NCBI RefSeq assembly: GCF_964194155.1
Contig: NW_027596908.1
Span: 62,001-126,000, forward strand
Source: Cetorhinus maximus
Lineage: Eukaryota
Length of the DNA stretch: 64,000 bases
Direction: 5' to 3'
The notes under the pieces are model-generated. The model saw only the letters and a list, made by a program, of their open reading frames with translations. It searched no databases and was not told the DNA's origin. Shown here in pieces: positions 22,870-34,409 of this stretch. The translations under genes and the position numbers were made by a program. Numbering within the stretch: the first letter of the stretch is position 1; every line of letters starts with the position of its first letter.

Positions 22870-23830
22870 ATGTCAGCATTTATAATCTACCTCGAATTGC
22901 CTCAGGCCCAGTGACAGTGAAGGAACGGCCGATATATTTCCAAGTCAGGATGGTGAGTGACTTGGAGGGGAACTTCCAGGTGGTGGTGTTCCCATGTGTC
23001 TGTTGCCTTTGTCCTTTTAGATGGTAGAGGTCGTGGGTTTGGAAGGTGCTGTCGAAGGAGCCTTGGTGAGTTGCTGCAGTGCATCTTGTAGATGGTACAC
23101 ACACTGCTGCTACTATGCGTCGGTGACAGAGAGAGCGCATGTTTGTGCATGTGGTGCCAATCAGGCTGCTTTGTTCTGGATGGTGTCAAGGTGTTAATTG
23201 GTTATGACAACTAAGGTCATGCTTTACTGGGCAGCAGTGACCCCCATATAGGCTTCAAAGGTTTGGGTGATCTACAGCAGGCAACTCAAAGCAGCAGAGA
23301 AATACCACCAGCTGCTTCTTCGTAAGATCCTACAAATCTGGTGACAAGAAAGCTGGTCAAACAGCAGCATCGTGTCCCAGGCCATTGAGATAAAGCACTC
23401 AGACCAGCTCCGCTGGAAAGGTTGTGTTGTCCGTATGCTTGACACCAGACTATCAAAGCTCTACTGCTTTACTCAGAATTCAGTCATGACAGGAGGCTCC
23501 CAAGAGCACAGTAGAAATCTTTGAGGGCTATCCTCAGAGCATCCCTGAAGAGGTCAAACATCCCTGCTGACTCATGGGAGTCCCTGTCTTGTGACTGACC
23601 AAAATGGAGAAAGCTCATTCGGGAAGGCACCAATCACAGAAGCTTCATTGGGAACGTGCAGAACAAAAGTCGAGGCCTCTGAGGGAGTGCACAAACCCTC
23701 AAACAACCTATCTACCCAACCCTTGAAGCTCCACCCACCCCACACGGGGCAGAATCTGCAGATCACCAGCTCAAAACCAACCAAACTCAAGTGAAAGCAA
23801 TTCATTCCTTGATCCTGAGGAAGTGACTAA
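22870..23830. mobile_element. CR1/L2-superfamily fragment (22870-23190, -) and RTE fragment (23215-23830, +)
   Basis: Mirror of 9140-10430 with ~330 bp missing. Confidence 0.7.
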
Positions 23831-23878
23831 GAAGGAGAAAAAGATTATAAAGCCCAGATCGAGTATGTTCTCACTTAC

Positions 23879-23984
23879 ATTTCTTTAGACTAGCCACCTG
23901 TTCTTCCAAAGCAGTGATCCTCTTGGTCAGGGCATCAATCTCTTTGATTTTATCAATTGCGTCTTTTACATCCTTAAAGGTTAT
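23879..23984 (-). CDS. Right-arm C1q-domain gene, coiled-coil exon
   Basis: 106 bp, CAG acceptor and GTAAGT donor; ITFKDVKDAIDKIKEIDALTKRITALEEQVASLKK; phases 0/1 fit neighbouring exons. Confidence 0.85.
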
Positions 23985-24069
23985 CTGAAACAATTCGAAA
24001 AGCCAGTTTTCAATGTTCCTCGTATTGAGTGTGAAGGAGGTGCATCGATGGAAGGAGGCATTTCTTTCT

Positions 24070-24665
24070 CAGTGTGGCACTCCCTCAACACTGAACCTCC
24101 GACAGTGCGGCACTCCCTCAACACTGACCCTCCGACAGTGCAGCACTCCCTCAACACTGACCCTCCGACAGTGCGGCACTCCCTCAGTACTAGCCTTCCG
24201 ACAGTGCGGCGCTCCCTCAACATTGACCCTCTGACAGTGCAGCACTCCCTCAGCACTGATCCTCCGACAGTGCGGCACTCCCACAACAGTGACCCTCCGA
24301 CAGTGCAGCACTCCCTCAACACTGACCCTCCGACAGTGTGTTACTGCCTCAGCACTGACCCTCCGACAGTGCGGCACTGCCTCAGCACTGACCGTTCGAC
24401 AGTGAGGCACTCCCTCAGCACTGACCCTCCAACAGTGCGGCACTCCCTCAGTACTGACCTTCCGAAGGTGCGGCGCTCCCTCAGCACTGACCCTCCGACA
24501 GTGCGGCACTCCCTCAGCACTGACCCTCCGACAATGCGGCACTCCCTCAGCACTGACCCTCTGACAGTGCGGCGCTCCCTCAGTACTGACCCTCCGACAG
24601 TGCAGCACTCCCTCAGCACTGACCCTCCGACAGTCCGGCGCTCCCTCATCACTGACCCTCCAACA
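24070..24665. repeat. 33-bp minisatellite (mirror of 7370-8900, fewer units)
   Basis: cactccctcagcactgaccctccgacagtgcgg units. Confidence 0.95.
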
Positions 24666-24829
24666 GCCCATTGAGTCCATACCCAAAAGGAGATCACAGC
24701 ACCACAAATACTAGCAGTCGTGAGGTTTGGACCCATGAGCCTTTAGATTGTTTATCCTAAATCTAGAACCGTAAACTTCCCAGCAACAGTCCACATACAA
24801 GTACATTAGAAGAACTAGGAGAAGCGTGA

Positions 24830-25335
24830 GGTCATTCAGCCCCTCGTGCCTGCTCCCCCATTTAATAAGATCATGGCTGATCTGATTTTGGCCTTAACTC
24901 TACTTTTCTGCCTGGCCCCATAACTCTGGACTCCCTTGTAGATCAAATATCTGACTAACGCAGCATCCACTGCTCCCTGGGGTAGCGGATTCCACAGTAT
25001 AAGGACCAGTAGAAATTCCTACTCGTCTCAGTCTGAAATGGGGGACTCCTTGTTCTGAAACTGTGCCCCCTCGTTCTAGATTCCCCCATGAGGGGAAATG
25101 TCCTCTCCGCACCCACCCTGTCCAGCCCCCTCAGAATCTGATATGTTTCAATAAGATCGCCTCTCATTCTTCTAAACTCCAATGGGTATAGGCCCAACCT
25201 GCTCAATCTTACCTCATAAGGCAAACCCCCTTAAACCCAGGAAACAGCCGAATGAACCATCTCTGAACTGTCTCCAATGCAAGTCTATCCCTCCTTAAGT
25301 CAGGAGACCAAAACTGTCCAAGTGCTCCAGGTGTG
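24830..25335 (-). mobile_element. CR1-type LINE 3' fragment
   Basis: ORF 24955-25224 [28 protein letters not shown]; mirror of 6670-7200. Confidence 0.85.
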
Positions 25336-25993
25336 AATACACTCCACACGGTTGTCAAAGAGCAACTGAACTGAGAGGAAAGGCCAGACCAAACACCCAG
25401 GGTTAATGTGGAAAGGATAGGGTGGATGAAATCTGGAAAAGTAGCTGTTCATTGCTAACACGGGAAATCACAATGGCTCTGACCTACTTGATAGGGCATC
25501 TCATTCTTGCACAAGCTGATGTCTGTCCAGGTCAGAACCCGGTTCAGCTATTACTTGGCAAATCAGCACCAGAGCATGAAAAGGCAGCTTCTGCTATTGG
25601 TTCACTATCCTCTGGGATAAAGAACCTCTTTCTGACACCAACCCTTTGTCCTGACCTTGATGTAACTGGAACCTTCTACGTTATCACAATGACTGCCACA
25701 GTCCCTGGAGTCACATTGCTGCTAGTGAATCAGAGAATTGTTAGATCGCAGAAGGTGGCCATTCAGCACATTGTTTCTGCACCAGCTCTTCAAATGAGCA
25801 ATCTGTTCATGCCATTCCCCCCTCCCAACCCTCTCCCCATTACCCTGCAAATTCTCCCTTTTCAGAATACAGTCTTATTTCATTTCAAAAGCTTCCGTTG
25901 AACCTCTCAAGCAGTGTATTCGAGACCATAACCACTCGCTGTCACACAAACTTCCCTGGCTTCTCAACGAGCATGTTTATACCATACACTTAC

Positions 25994-26068
25994 CTCAGCT
26001 AGTCCAGTACAGTGAGAGGTGGTGGTTTTGAAGGCAAATTGACAGAGGATCAAAAACAGCCAGGTCAC
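25994..26068 (-). CDS. Right-arm C1q-domain gene, signal-peptide exon
   Basis: 75 bp; acceptor tgtgtttgtgtCAG, donor GAG|GTAAGT; VTWLFLILCQFAFKTTTSHCTGLAE (hydrophobic core); phase 0 joins ITFKD exon. Confidence 0.75.
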
Positions 26069-26174
26069 CTGACACAAACACAGCAATAAAACACAAGGTT
26101 TAAGCAAGCATCCACAAAAGCTATTAATCAGACCTGGCTCCTGCAGAGTCTGACTGCACACCTCTTTGACACAT

Positions 26175-26635
26175 TGCAGTGTTAGTGGTCTGACAGTTTG
26201 TGGTGATTCCAGTCTCCCTCAGTACTCCAACAGCACAAACAGAAAGAACATGTCCATGCATTGCACCATCTTAAACTAAACAAAAGTTTGGGGAACAGAC
26301 ATTCCCTGCTTCATTCCCCATGACAATGCCTTGACCAGAGTCGATTTGCCTGGTTTGAATTTAAAGAAAAGCTTGGCAGTTAACGATTGCCTGGTGCATT
26401 CTCTATGGCAATGCCTCTACCAGAGTCCCTGGAGTCACATTGCTGCTAGTGAATCCCATTGTAGCAATGAACAGTTACTTTTCCAGATTTCCATTTGCCA
26501 ACCATTAAGCACCCTTTTCTCAAGCAGTATAAATTGTTGTTCCCTTTGAGATTTGAGAAGTTTACGAACCTGTCCTGGTGAGTTCAAGATGAAAAGCTTC
26601 AACAGCATATCTCTTATTTCAGCCATACTCAAGCT
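26175..26635 (+). mobile_element. Penelope-type element 3' end / pLTR with degenerate hammerhead
   Basis: TATAAA near 26528, then tgtc-CTGGTGA-gttcaagat-GAAA-agcttc-aaca at 26571-26604 and a tail similar to 37700-37720. Confidence 0.55.
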
Positions 26636-27082
26636 TACACATCACGGTTTCAATTATACATTGGCAACCCTGCTCCCACTCAATGTGTTACCTCTCTTTG
26701 GTGGAGCACCAGTCACCCATTGTTACATTCATTATCAGAGTTCACCCATCCATCACAGACAATATCATTAATCAGCAGCACATCCCTGTGACCACTATCC
26801 TGTTTCGACAGCAGCGTGTTCTGTGCAAGAACGCCATTTACATTTCCGAATTTCTCAAACTCCTGAATTTCTCCACATGCGCGAGTTACCTTTACTCAGA
26901 TTGCTGCACTCTCAAAGACAGAGTCCCATCCTTAAAACAGTCTCTCAGCAAATGAAGCAGAGAATATAATTATTCGTGAACTCATTCATGATAATCTTAT
27001 AAAATAGCCAAATCCAACCAGAGAGAATGAAAAGACAGGATTATATTTCATGGCAATGTAGTTGATTTTAACTAACGTGTAC

Positions 27083-27100
27083 CTTCCCTGTATCACTCAT
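27083..27100 (-). CDS. Right-arm C1q-domain gene, candidate start-codon exon (coding part MSDTGK)
   Basis: aaaATGagtgatacagggAAG|GTACAC; A at -3; phase 0; gives MSDTGKVTWLFLILCQFAF; polypyrimidine acceptor upstream near 27190. Confidence 0.6.
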
Positions 27101-27289
27101 TTTTGTTTCAGCGATTCTCCAGCTTTTGGAGCTGAGTTACTGTCTCCTTCTGTCTCTCTGGAAACAGGGGTGTTGTCTCTGAGTTGCTGCTTACATAGCA
27201 GGGAGGAAGAAGGAGGGAACGGAAATCAGAGCAAAATCGACAGCAGAAATGAAACCAGTGAAGCAGAACAAGTAAAATAGAATCAGTGA

Positions 27290-27810
27290 ATTACAGAACA
27301 GAAAGTCATTAGGTGCATTATTTCCATATCAGCTCTCTGCATCAGCAAATCAGCTAGCCTCTCCCCCACCCTTTCCCCATAGCCCTGCAATTCTTTTTTC
27401 TCTTCAGATAATAATCCAACTCTCTTTTGAAAACCTCGATTGAATCTGCCTCCCTCACACTCTGGGGCAGTGCATTCCTGATCCTAACAACTTGCTGTTC
27501 AAAAAGGCTTTTCCTCATGTCACCGTTGCTTCTTTTGACAGTCACCTTAAATTGCTGTCCCTCTGGTTCTCGATGTTGCTGCCAATAGAAACAGTTCCTC
27601 TCTGTCCAGATCCCTCATGATTTTGAACACTTCTGTCTAGGATCCTGTCAATCTTCTCCAAGGAGAACAGTCCCAGCTTCTCCAATCTATCCCCGCAACT
27701 GAAATTCCTGATCACTGGAACCATTCTCGTGAATCTTTTCTGCACCTTCTGTAAAGATTTTACATCGTTTTGAAAGTGTGGTGACCAGAACTGCACATAA
27801 TACTCCAGGA
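27290..27810 (-). mobile_element. CR1-type LINE 3' fragment
   Basis: QFWSPHF-NDVKSLQKVQKRFTRMVP...[12 protein letters not shown]; NALPQSVREADSIEVFKRELD. Confidence 0.85.
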
Positions 27811-28229
27811 CAATTTAAAAGGTTCACAGAAGAGAGCTTCTGGGGATTCTCTGCCCTCAGGACTGCCGTGACCTGAGTGAGAGAAGACGCGTCAGGATTC
27901 GTGGTCAGTGTTGACTGTGTCTGGGGATTTCTGATGGAAGATGGCTGCTGGCGAATGCAATTCAAGGTCCAAAATGATTGAGTGGGAAGTGGGAGATCGT
28001 ACATAGTAGAGCCCGAGTTGGGATTAGCTGTTAAGGAGTTAGTTTTTGTGTGATCAGTTAGCAAGGTGAAGGAATTAGTTGGTAGGGTTAAGAGATTAGT
28101 TGTTAAGGGGATACTGGTTAAGAGGTTAGTTTGTAGGGTTAAGTGATTAGTTCATAAGGGAGGATGTTAAGGGAGTCTCTCGGGTTTGTGAATGGCCTGG
28201 AAGTTGGCTTGGGAGAGGAGCTCTTTCTT

Positions 28230-28635
28230 GTCACTGGATTTGGAGGATCATGCATGGCCACTGCTGGTGGTCATTCTCCAGTGATTTGAGATGCCTGCTG
28301 TAGGTCATCCAAGCCTCCGACACATATGGTAGTGCAGGGATCACTGCTGCCTGGTAAATCATCACCTTAATCTCATGTTTGAACTCTAGGTCCTCAGATA
28401 GACTTTTTTTAGTCAGCTGAAGACTCAGATGGCAGATTGGAGGCGATGTTGAATTTTGTTGTCTGTGTCTGCATTCATTTGGAAGAGGATCCCAATTTAG
28501 GAAACTTAGGTCCACATTTTCCATGATTCTACCATTGATCAGAATCGGTGGGTGAAGGTGTGGTGCTGGAGGTGGTTTAAAGAGGACCTTAGCCTTCTGG
28601 GTGTTTGGTGAAAGGCCCATTTTCTCATATGCTTT
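28230..28635 (-). mobile_element. RTE-clade LINE fragment
   Basis: MGLSPNTQKAKVLF...IKVMIYQAAVIPALPYVSEAWMTYSRHLKSLENDHQ. Confidence 0.75.
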
Positions 28636-29029
28636 GGGATTAGTTGTTGGGGATTAAGGGGTTAGTTGTTAAGGAGTTAGTTGTTAAGTGGTTAGTTGTT
28701 AGAGTTAAGGTGAGAGTTGTTAAGGGGATAGTTGTTATGTAGTTAGTTCAGTGGTATTGTGCCAAATTTTGATAATGCATTGGCTGTATCATTTCTAAAT
28801 CTATTACATTGATTATCTATGTATTAACCATTTGAGTCCTCAAAAGTCAGTAAAGCTATGCTTTTTAAGTGAAAAATATTAGTCCTTATAGGTATTTTAT
28901 TTCAAACCATGCTGCATTTTGAATCACTAGTCTTTAGCATAGCTAGAATTTCATTATGCAATGGTTTAATGATTTAATTCAAGCTGATTAAAAACATGAA
29001 TTACAGAAAACTTCTTTTACTTCTGACAG

Positions 29030-29960
29030 GGGGATGGTATATAGAGGGACCACTGCTTTTCTTGATATATGTTAATAACCTAGACCTGGGTGCACAGGGC
29101 ACAATTTCAAAATTGGAAGATGATGCAAGACTTGAAAGTATTGTGAACTGTGAGGAGGATAGTGATAGACTTCAAGAAGATTTACACAGGCTGGTGTGTG
29201 GAATGGGCAGACACGTGGCAGATGAAATTTAATGGAGGGAAGTGTGAAGTGGTCAGAGGAACAAGGAAAGGTGTCATAAAGTAAAGGGTACAATTCTGAA
29301 GAGAATGCAGGAGCAGAGGGACCTGGGTGTATATGTGAATAAATCATTGAAGGTGGCAGGGCAGGTTGTGGAAGCAGTTAATAAATTATACTGAATCCTG
29401 GGCTTTATAAATAGGGGCACAGAGTACAAAATCAAGTAAGTTATGAACTTTCCTAAAACACTGGTTCAACCTCAATGAGAAGGATGTGAAAGGTTTAGAA
29501 AAGGTGCAGAAAACATTTACAAGAATGGTTCCGAGGATGACTTCAGTTACATGGATAGATTGGCGAAGCTGGGGCCATTCTCCTTTGCCAGGAGAAGGTT
29601 GAGAGGAGATTTGTTAGACGCATTCAAAAATCATGAAGAGCCTGGACAGAATAAATGGGGAGAAACTTTTCTCATCGGCAGATCGAGAACCCTGAGGTGA
29701 TTAACCACAGAACCAGAGGCGACGTGAGGAAAGGTGGTTTGGATCTGGAATGCACTCCCTGAGCATGTGGTGGAGACAGGTTCAATTGTGGTTTGTGGTT
29801 TTCAAAATGAAACTGGATAGTTATCGGAAGAGAAGATTTTACGAGGCTACGTGGAAAAGGTGGAAGAGTGGAACTAGCTAAGTGGCAGCTGCGGAGAGCT
29901 GACAGAGAGACAATGCGCTGAATGCCCTCCTTCTGTGCTGTAACCATTCTATGATTCGAG
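29030..29960 (+). mobile_element. CR1-type LINE RT and 3' fragment, decayed
   Basis: GPLLFLIYVNNLDLG-QGTISK-EDD--L---VNCEEDSDRLQEDL (RT region with decayed FADD). Confidence 0.85.
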
Positions 29961-30580
29961 TACAGGTATATTCAAGGAACTTGAAAAATACAGGGGGGAA
30001 AAGAAGCTGAAGGTTACCCTGATAGTGTGATGAAGAAGGGTGGGAGGATGCTTGTGCGGAACATCCAATATCACTTCCAATATGCCATCTGAGCCTTCAG
30101 CTGACTGAGGAAAGGTCTATTTCTTTCCATGCTGTAAGTTCCATGTAAAGTTGCCAGCAGGGAATACAAACGCCACACTGCATTTCACACCCTCAGGCCA
30201 TGACAGCCAAGGAATTAATGTTCAGTAGGCAAATGCAGCAGGGTGGCTTGGTACATTGATGCTGCTTTAGACCCTAGGATCTTGAGATTCAAAGACTCTG
30301 AAATGCCTGTTTATGGGATGTGGTGTGCAAGGAGTTGTAAGGTCTGTATGATTTTTACAGTTAGGGAGTTGTACAAGAGGGTTATTGCTGTTGCTGTACA
30401 TTGACTCAGAGACATTCAGCAGTAGCAGTGTGAAGCCCAGGACCTTGGGCAGGGCCTTCACTCCGCCACCTCCAAACCTCCCCAGGCTTCGGGTTCATAG
30501 CCACACCGCAAGCTGGGACATTCCGGTCAACTCTTGCCTTCTGGCCTGAACTCAAACAGGAACTCGTGGCCATACCTACC

Positions 30581-30752
30581 CTTGTGCCTCACATAAAAAT
30601 GCAGACAGAAATCATTCGATATGATCCCCATGCCAGCCGTCTCTGTATCACATGTTAGGCAGCCATATAATGGTTGCAATATAATGGATGGCCAACCAGC
30701 AAAGCAGAGTTTACCACCCAGCAGTGAATATTAAAGCCTTTAAATAGAAGGT
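30581..30752 (-). promoter_or_regulatory. Candidate TATA promoter and non-coding first exon of the right-arm C1q gene
   Basis: TATTTAAA (30746-30739) in the 37-bp motif shared with 1969-2005; donor AAGG|GTAGGT at ~30581; correct strand, 3.4 kb upstream of ATG exon. Confidence 0.35.
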
Positions 30753-30854
30753 GCTGGAGCAATGCTTCGGTACGCTCCAGCAGCCCTGCACCCTTAGTTC
30801 CAGCCCCACTCCAGAGACTTGAGAACAAAAATATGGCCTCGCATCCCAGTGAAG

Positions 30855-31285
30855 TACCGAGGGAGCGCCGCACCGTCGGAGAGGCAGAACCAAGGGAGTG
30901 CCACACCGTCGGAGGGGCAGGACCGAGGGAGCGCCACACTGTCGGAGGGGCAGGACCGAGGGAGCGCCACACCGTCGGAGGGGCAGGACCGAGGGAGCGC
31001 CACACTGTCGGAGGGGCAGGACCGATGGAGCAACATTAAAGCAAGGATGTAAAAGACCCTACATCCACAATTTTAGTGGACAGCAGGGAGTGCCCCCAAG
31101 ATCCACGCCAATATTTCTCCTTCAATAATTAAGAGAGATTTTCTGCCCTTTATCTCATTGCTGTTTGTGGGAGCACAATTGTTCACAATTTTGCTGTTTT
31201 GTTTTGAATGCATCTTAAAAGTACTTCATTCCCTTTGGACCAACCTGAGCTGCTGAAAGCTACCACATAAATGTAAATATTTCCT
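30855..31285 (+). mobile_element. Decayed Deu-type SINE with 33-bp repeat variant at its 5' part
   Basis: Five 33-bp units, then sequence similar to the SINE body at 57490-57730 (gatgtaaaaga-ccc, gagcaggg, atctcattgctgtttgtgggag). Confidence 0.55.
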
Positions 31286-31673
31286 TTAAGAGGCAGAGAA
31301 CACAATTACACCCCACAGTCATCAGGACTGTTCACTCCTCACCATTGATAACATAATGGGCAGAATTTTCCCAGATTTGCAATAAGTGCGGTAGCGGGCG
31401 GGTAAAACGATGTTTTACCTGCCAGCCACAATGACAGGTTTTCACCAGGGTAAGTCACTCTTTTCATCACTCACACACTCACAAACCCATCACACGTCCA
31501 CAGGGCCCTCACTCACTGCCAGTTCAAGGGACATCACCATTCGCTCTCTCACACACACCGTCATTGTCCTCATCCCGTCCATGGGACCACTCACCACCCA
31601 CACAGGACGGGCACATCTATCATCTGGCCCGGCAGGCATCCTGCTTACACTTTATCAATCTCTATCTATACAG

Positions 31674-32900
31674 GACAAGCTGGCACACGGCAAGACGGAA
31701 AGGTCACAGACTGGTGCTGGAATGCCCGAAATCAAGGTCCTCACAGACTTTTAAAACGGAGCCATCCAGCTGGCCGGCGATGGCTGGGACCGGTCCTGTG
31801 CTGATAGTGAGGTCGGCGCTGCCCTACCAAGTGAGGGTCCAGCAGCGCAACATCCATCAGACAACCGTGCCGTGAGTGATGTGTCCTGTTTCACAGGCCA
31901 CTGCCATGGACTAATTATGTCCTCTTGCTTTCACAGGCACATCTGCCAAACAGCCAACAGAGTCCATGACCCAGGGCCTCCAATCAAGCTCCGAAGAAAC
32001 CTCGGAAGGGGAATCTGGAGGCACCCTCCCTGAAGTCCTATCACAGTGCTCACCCACACCCTCCACCAGCGCAGAGACACACACCTCGGTGGGGCCTAGC
32101 TTTAGAATAGGCACAGGATCACAACCCGGTGAGCACAGTGCACAGTCTGATCAACAGCAGGTGGAAGGAGGGACTTACCAGGTTCCTGGCACTCGGAGGA
32201 GGTGCTGGAGGCCAGAACATTCCTGAGTCCGAGTCAGATGAGGAGCCTCTGGACTCGGTCATGTCACAGTTGCTGGAGCTGCAAAGACAAACTCGGGAAC
32301 ATCAGGAAGGGATGTCCGCTGCACTCCTCAGATTACAAGGCACAATGGAGGAGTCCATCCGTCTTCAGTCTGAGGTGATAGCGCCGGCATTGCAACGCAC
32401 CAAGGTCAGTACTGGCAGGATGGTGGCCGCCATGGAGACCTTGGTCCAGGACGTCGCTCCTGCACTGCTGCGTGGGCTTAACTCTATTGCTGACACGATA
32501 GTTGGCCTCCAACAGCCTGTACGCAAGAGCTGTGCTGGGCAGCTCAATCTCACTCCAGCTACCCCTTCCCCTCATGGAGTCAGCCAGGGGCCTTCGGGCA
32601 CCCATAGGAAGGAGGATCAGCAGGTGCACACTCCAGGGACACCACTCTTCAGTGACCAACCCATTCGAGTCCCCTCTTCCTGTGACCTCCACAGCTCCAG
32701 CTCCACAGGCTGAGGAGGATGCCACTGCCACACAGCAGGACCCTGAAAGCAGGCCGGGGCCCTTCAAGTCTCAGCTCTCCACAGGGAGGCCGCCAAAGTC
32801 ATCACAGACAGGGTGTCACAGTCAGCAGGCTGCCTCCACCTCCGCTGTGGAGTTCCGGGGAGGACCAAGACCTAGCAGCAAGGTTTGGACAGTTAAGGAA
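31674..32900 (+). pseudogene. Harbinger second ORF (Myb/SANT partner protein, NAIF1-like) remnant
   Basis: Exon-like DKLAHGKTERSQTGAGMPEIKVLTDF* with stop; coiled-coil-like QLLELQRQTREHQEGMSAALLRLQ; convergent to the transposase as in Harbingers. Confidence 0.5.
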
Positions 32901-33615
32901 AAGTGGTTGCACAGCCTGGGCACAGGTGTTGATCACTTGTACATACTGTTCAATATTGTCAATAAACCCCTAAGAATGTCTCCCTGCCTGAGGCTCCTTG
33001 TTCTGATGAGCAGTGTTCTTGTCACTCGGATGTGAAACCTTTCCACACAAGATAAAAGGCAGGTGTCTCAGTCCAGGGCCTCTTCCCTGTGCTCTGCAGC
33101 CTTCAGACCACAGTGATGGTCCAGCCTCACACTCCGTGGAGACATTACTGATGCCTGCCCCTCAATGGTGCTGGTCATTGCTGCCAGAATGCAGTGGGCA
33201 GGCGCCACAGAGTTCCGTCTTTCTCTCTGTGTTCTCGCAGCACCTTTAAGGAGGGGCTGGCCCCCATCGCACCAGTGTCTGCGACCATTGATGCTGTGCA
33301 CCAGTTCATGAAGGGCCGAGGTACTGAAGGCAGACACAGCATCGAATGCGTCTCAAGTTTCATGGCTGCGTCTTTGAGATGGGCCTGATCATGGAGCGCA
33401 AGTGAGCTGCCCTCGGCCAGACAGGAGTCAGACATTCACAGAGGCTACGTGAAGAGTCATGAAGTGCCCTCACTGCATGTTGTCATCATCCTCCTGCGAT
33501 CGAGCGACTATTAGGGCCTCCACTACATCTCCATGACAGGAGCATTCTCACAGAGGGTATTGGCGCTGCCATAAGCCAGACCGGAGTCAAACGTTCACAA
33601 CTGTGATGTGAGGAT

Positions 33616-34409
33616 CTACGGGTACACCTCACTGCATCCTCTACAAATCTGGCAGCTATGAGGACCTCCCGAGCATCTGCCTCGTCTAGCCAGTGCGAGA
33701 GCCTCATCCCCGTCATCATCACCACCGAGGACCTCCTCACCTCCATCCCCGCTGCCGTTGTCCTCATTCGAGGAGACCTCCAGCACCTCCTCAGCCAGCT
33801 CGTCTCCCCCTTGCAGCGCCAGGTTGTAAAGGGTGTAGTGGACAATGATGATGCGTGATACCCTCTTCATTATAACGTTGCTCCGCTGCAGTCTGAGGCT
33901 GCTGCACGGGTGTCTGCGAGTAGCCCTTGTCCCTGAGGAGCCATCTCTGTAGCCTCTGTGGATCCGGGAGACCTGAGCACCACATGGATGCAGTCGATCA
34001 CACCCTGAACCTGTGGGAATCCCGAGATCAGGGCGAATCCAATGGCCCTTGCATTCTGGCTGTCCCGGTCCCAGGCGAAATACACAAAGTTGTGTGCCCT
34101 CGAGAAGATGGCATCCATGACCTCATGGAAGCATTTGTGAATGGAGGCTTGTGATATCCCACAGAGGTCACCTGTGGAGCCCTGAAAGGAGCCACTGGCA
34201 TAGAAATTGAGCACCGCAGTCACTTTCACAGCCGCAGGCAGTGGATGCCCTCCATGTCCGCTTGGTGCCAAAACCTACAGCAGGTGGCAGATGTGAGCGA
34301 CCAGGTCCCTAGACATGTGCAGTCATCGGCGACACTGGTTCTCAGTCAAATGCATGAATGGCAGGCGGCATCTATAGACCTTGGGTGTAACTAGGCGCCG
34401 AGCAGCCAC
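33616..34409 (-). pseudogene. Harbinger transposase pseudogene
   Basis: LPAAVKVTAVLNFYASGSFQGSTGDLCGISQASIHKC (HTH) and GVIDCIH retained; NRKG...GSVHD segment deleted; frameshifted. Confidence 0.85.

Noticed and set aside
30267-30461. ORF MKALPKVLGFTLLLLN as the C1q signal peptide
   Set aside because: Starts at GTG, no suitable in-phase donor seen; exons 27100-27083 and 26068-25994 fit better
32127-32140. CACAGTG heptamer near the 6.8-kb deletion breakpoint (RAG-mediated event?)
   Set aside because: Break is offset from the heptamer, no nonamer at 12 or 23 bp, and 4-bp microhomology suffices; the CACAGTG copies at 49380-49900 also lack nonamers
33003-33070. CTGATGA...GAAA in the Harbinger element
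   Set aside because: No convincing stem I, and the residue at the cleavage position would be G
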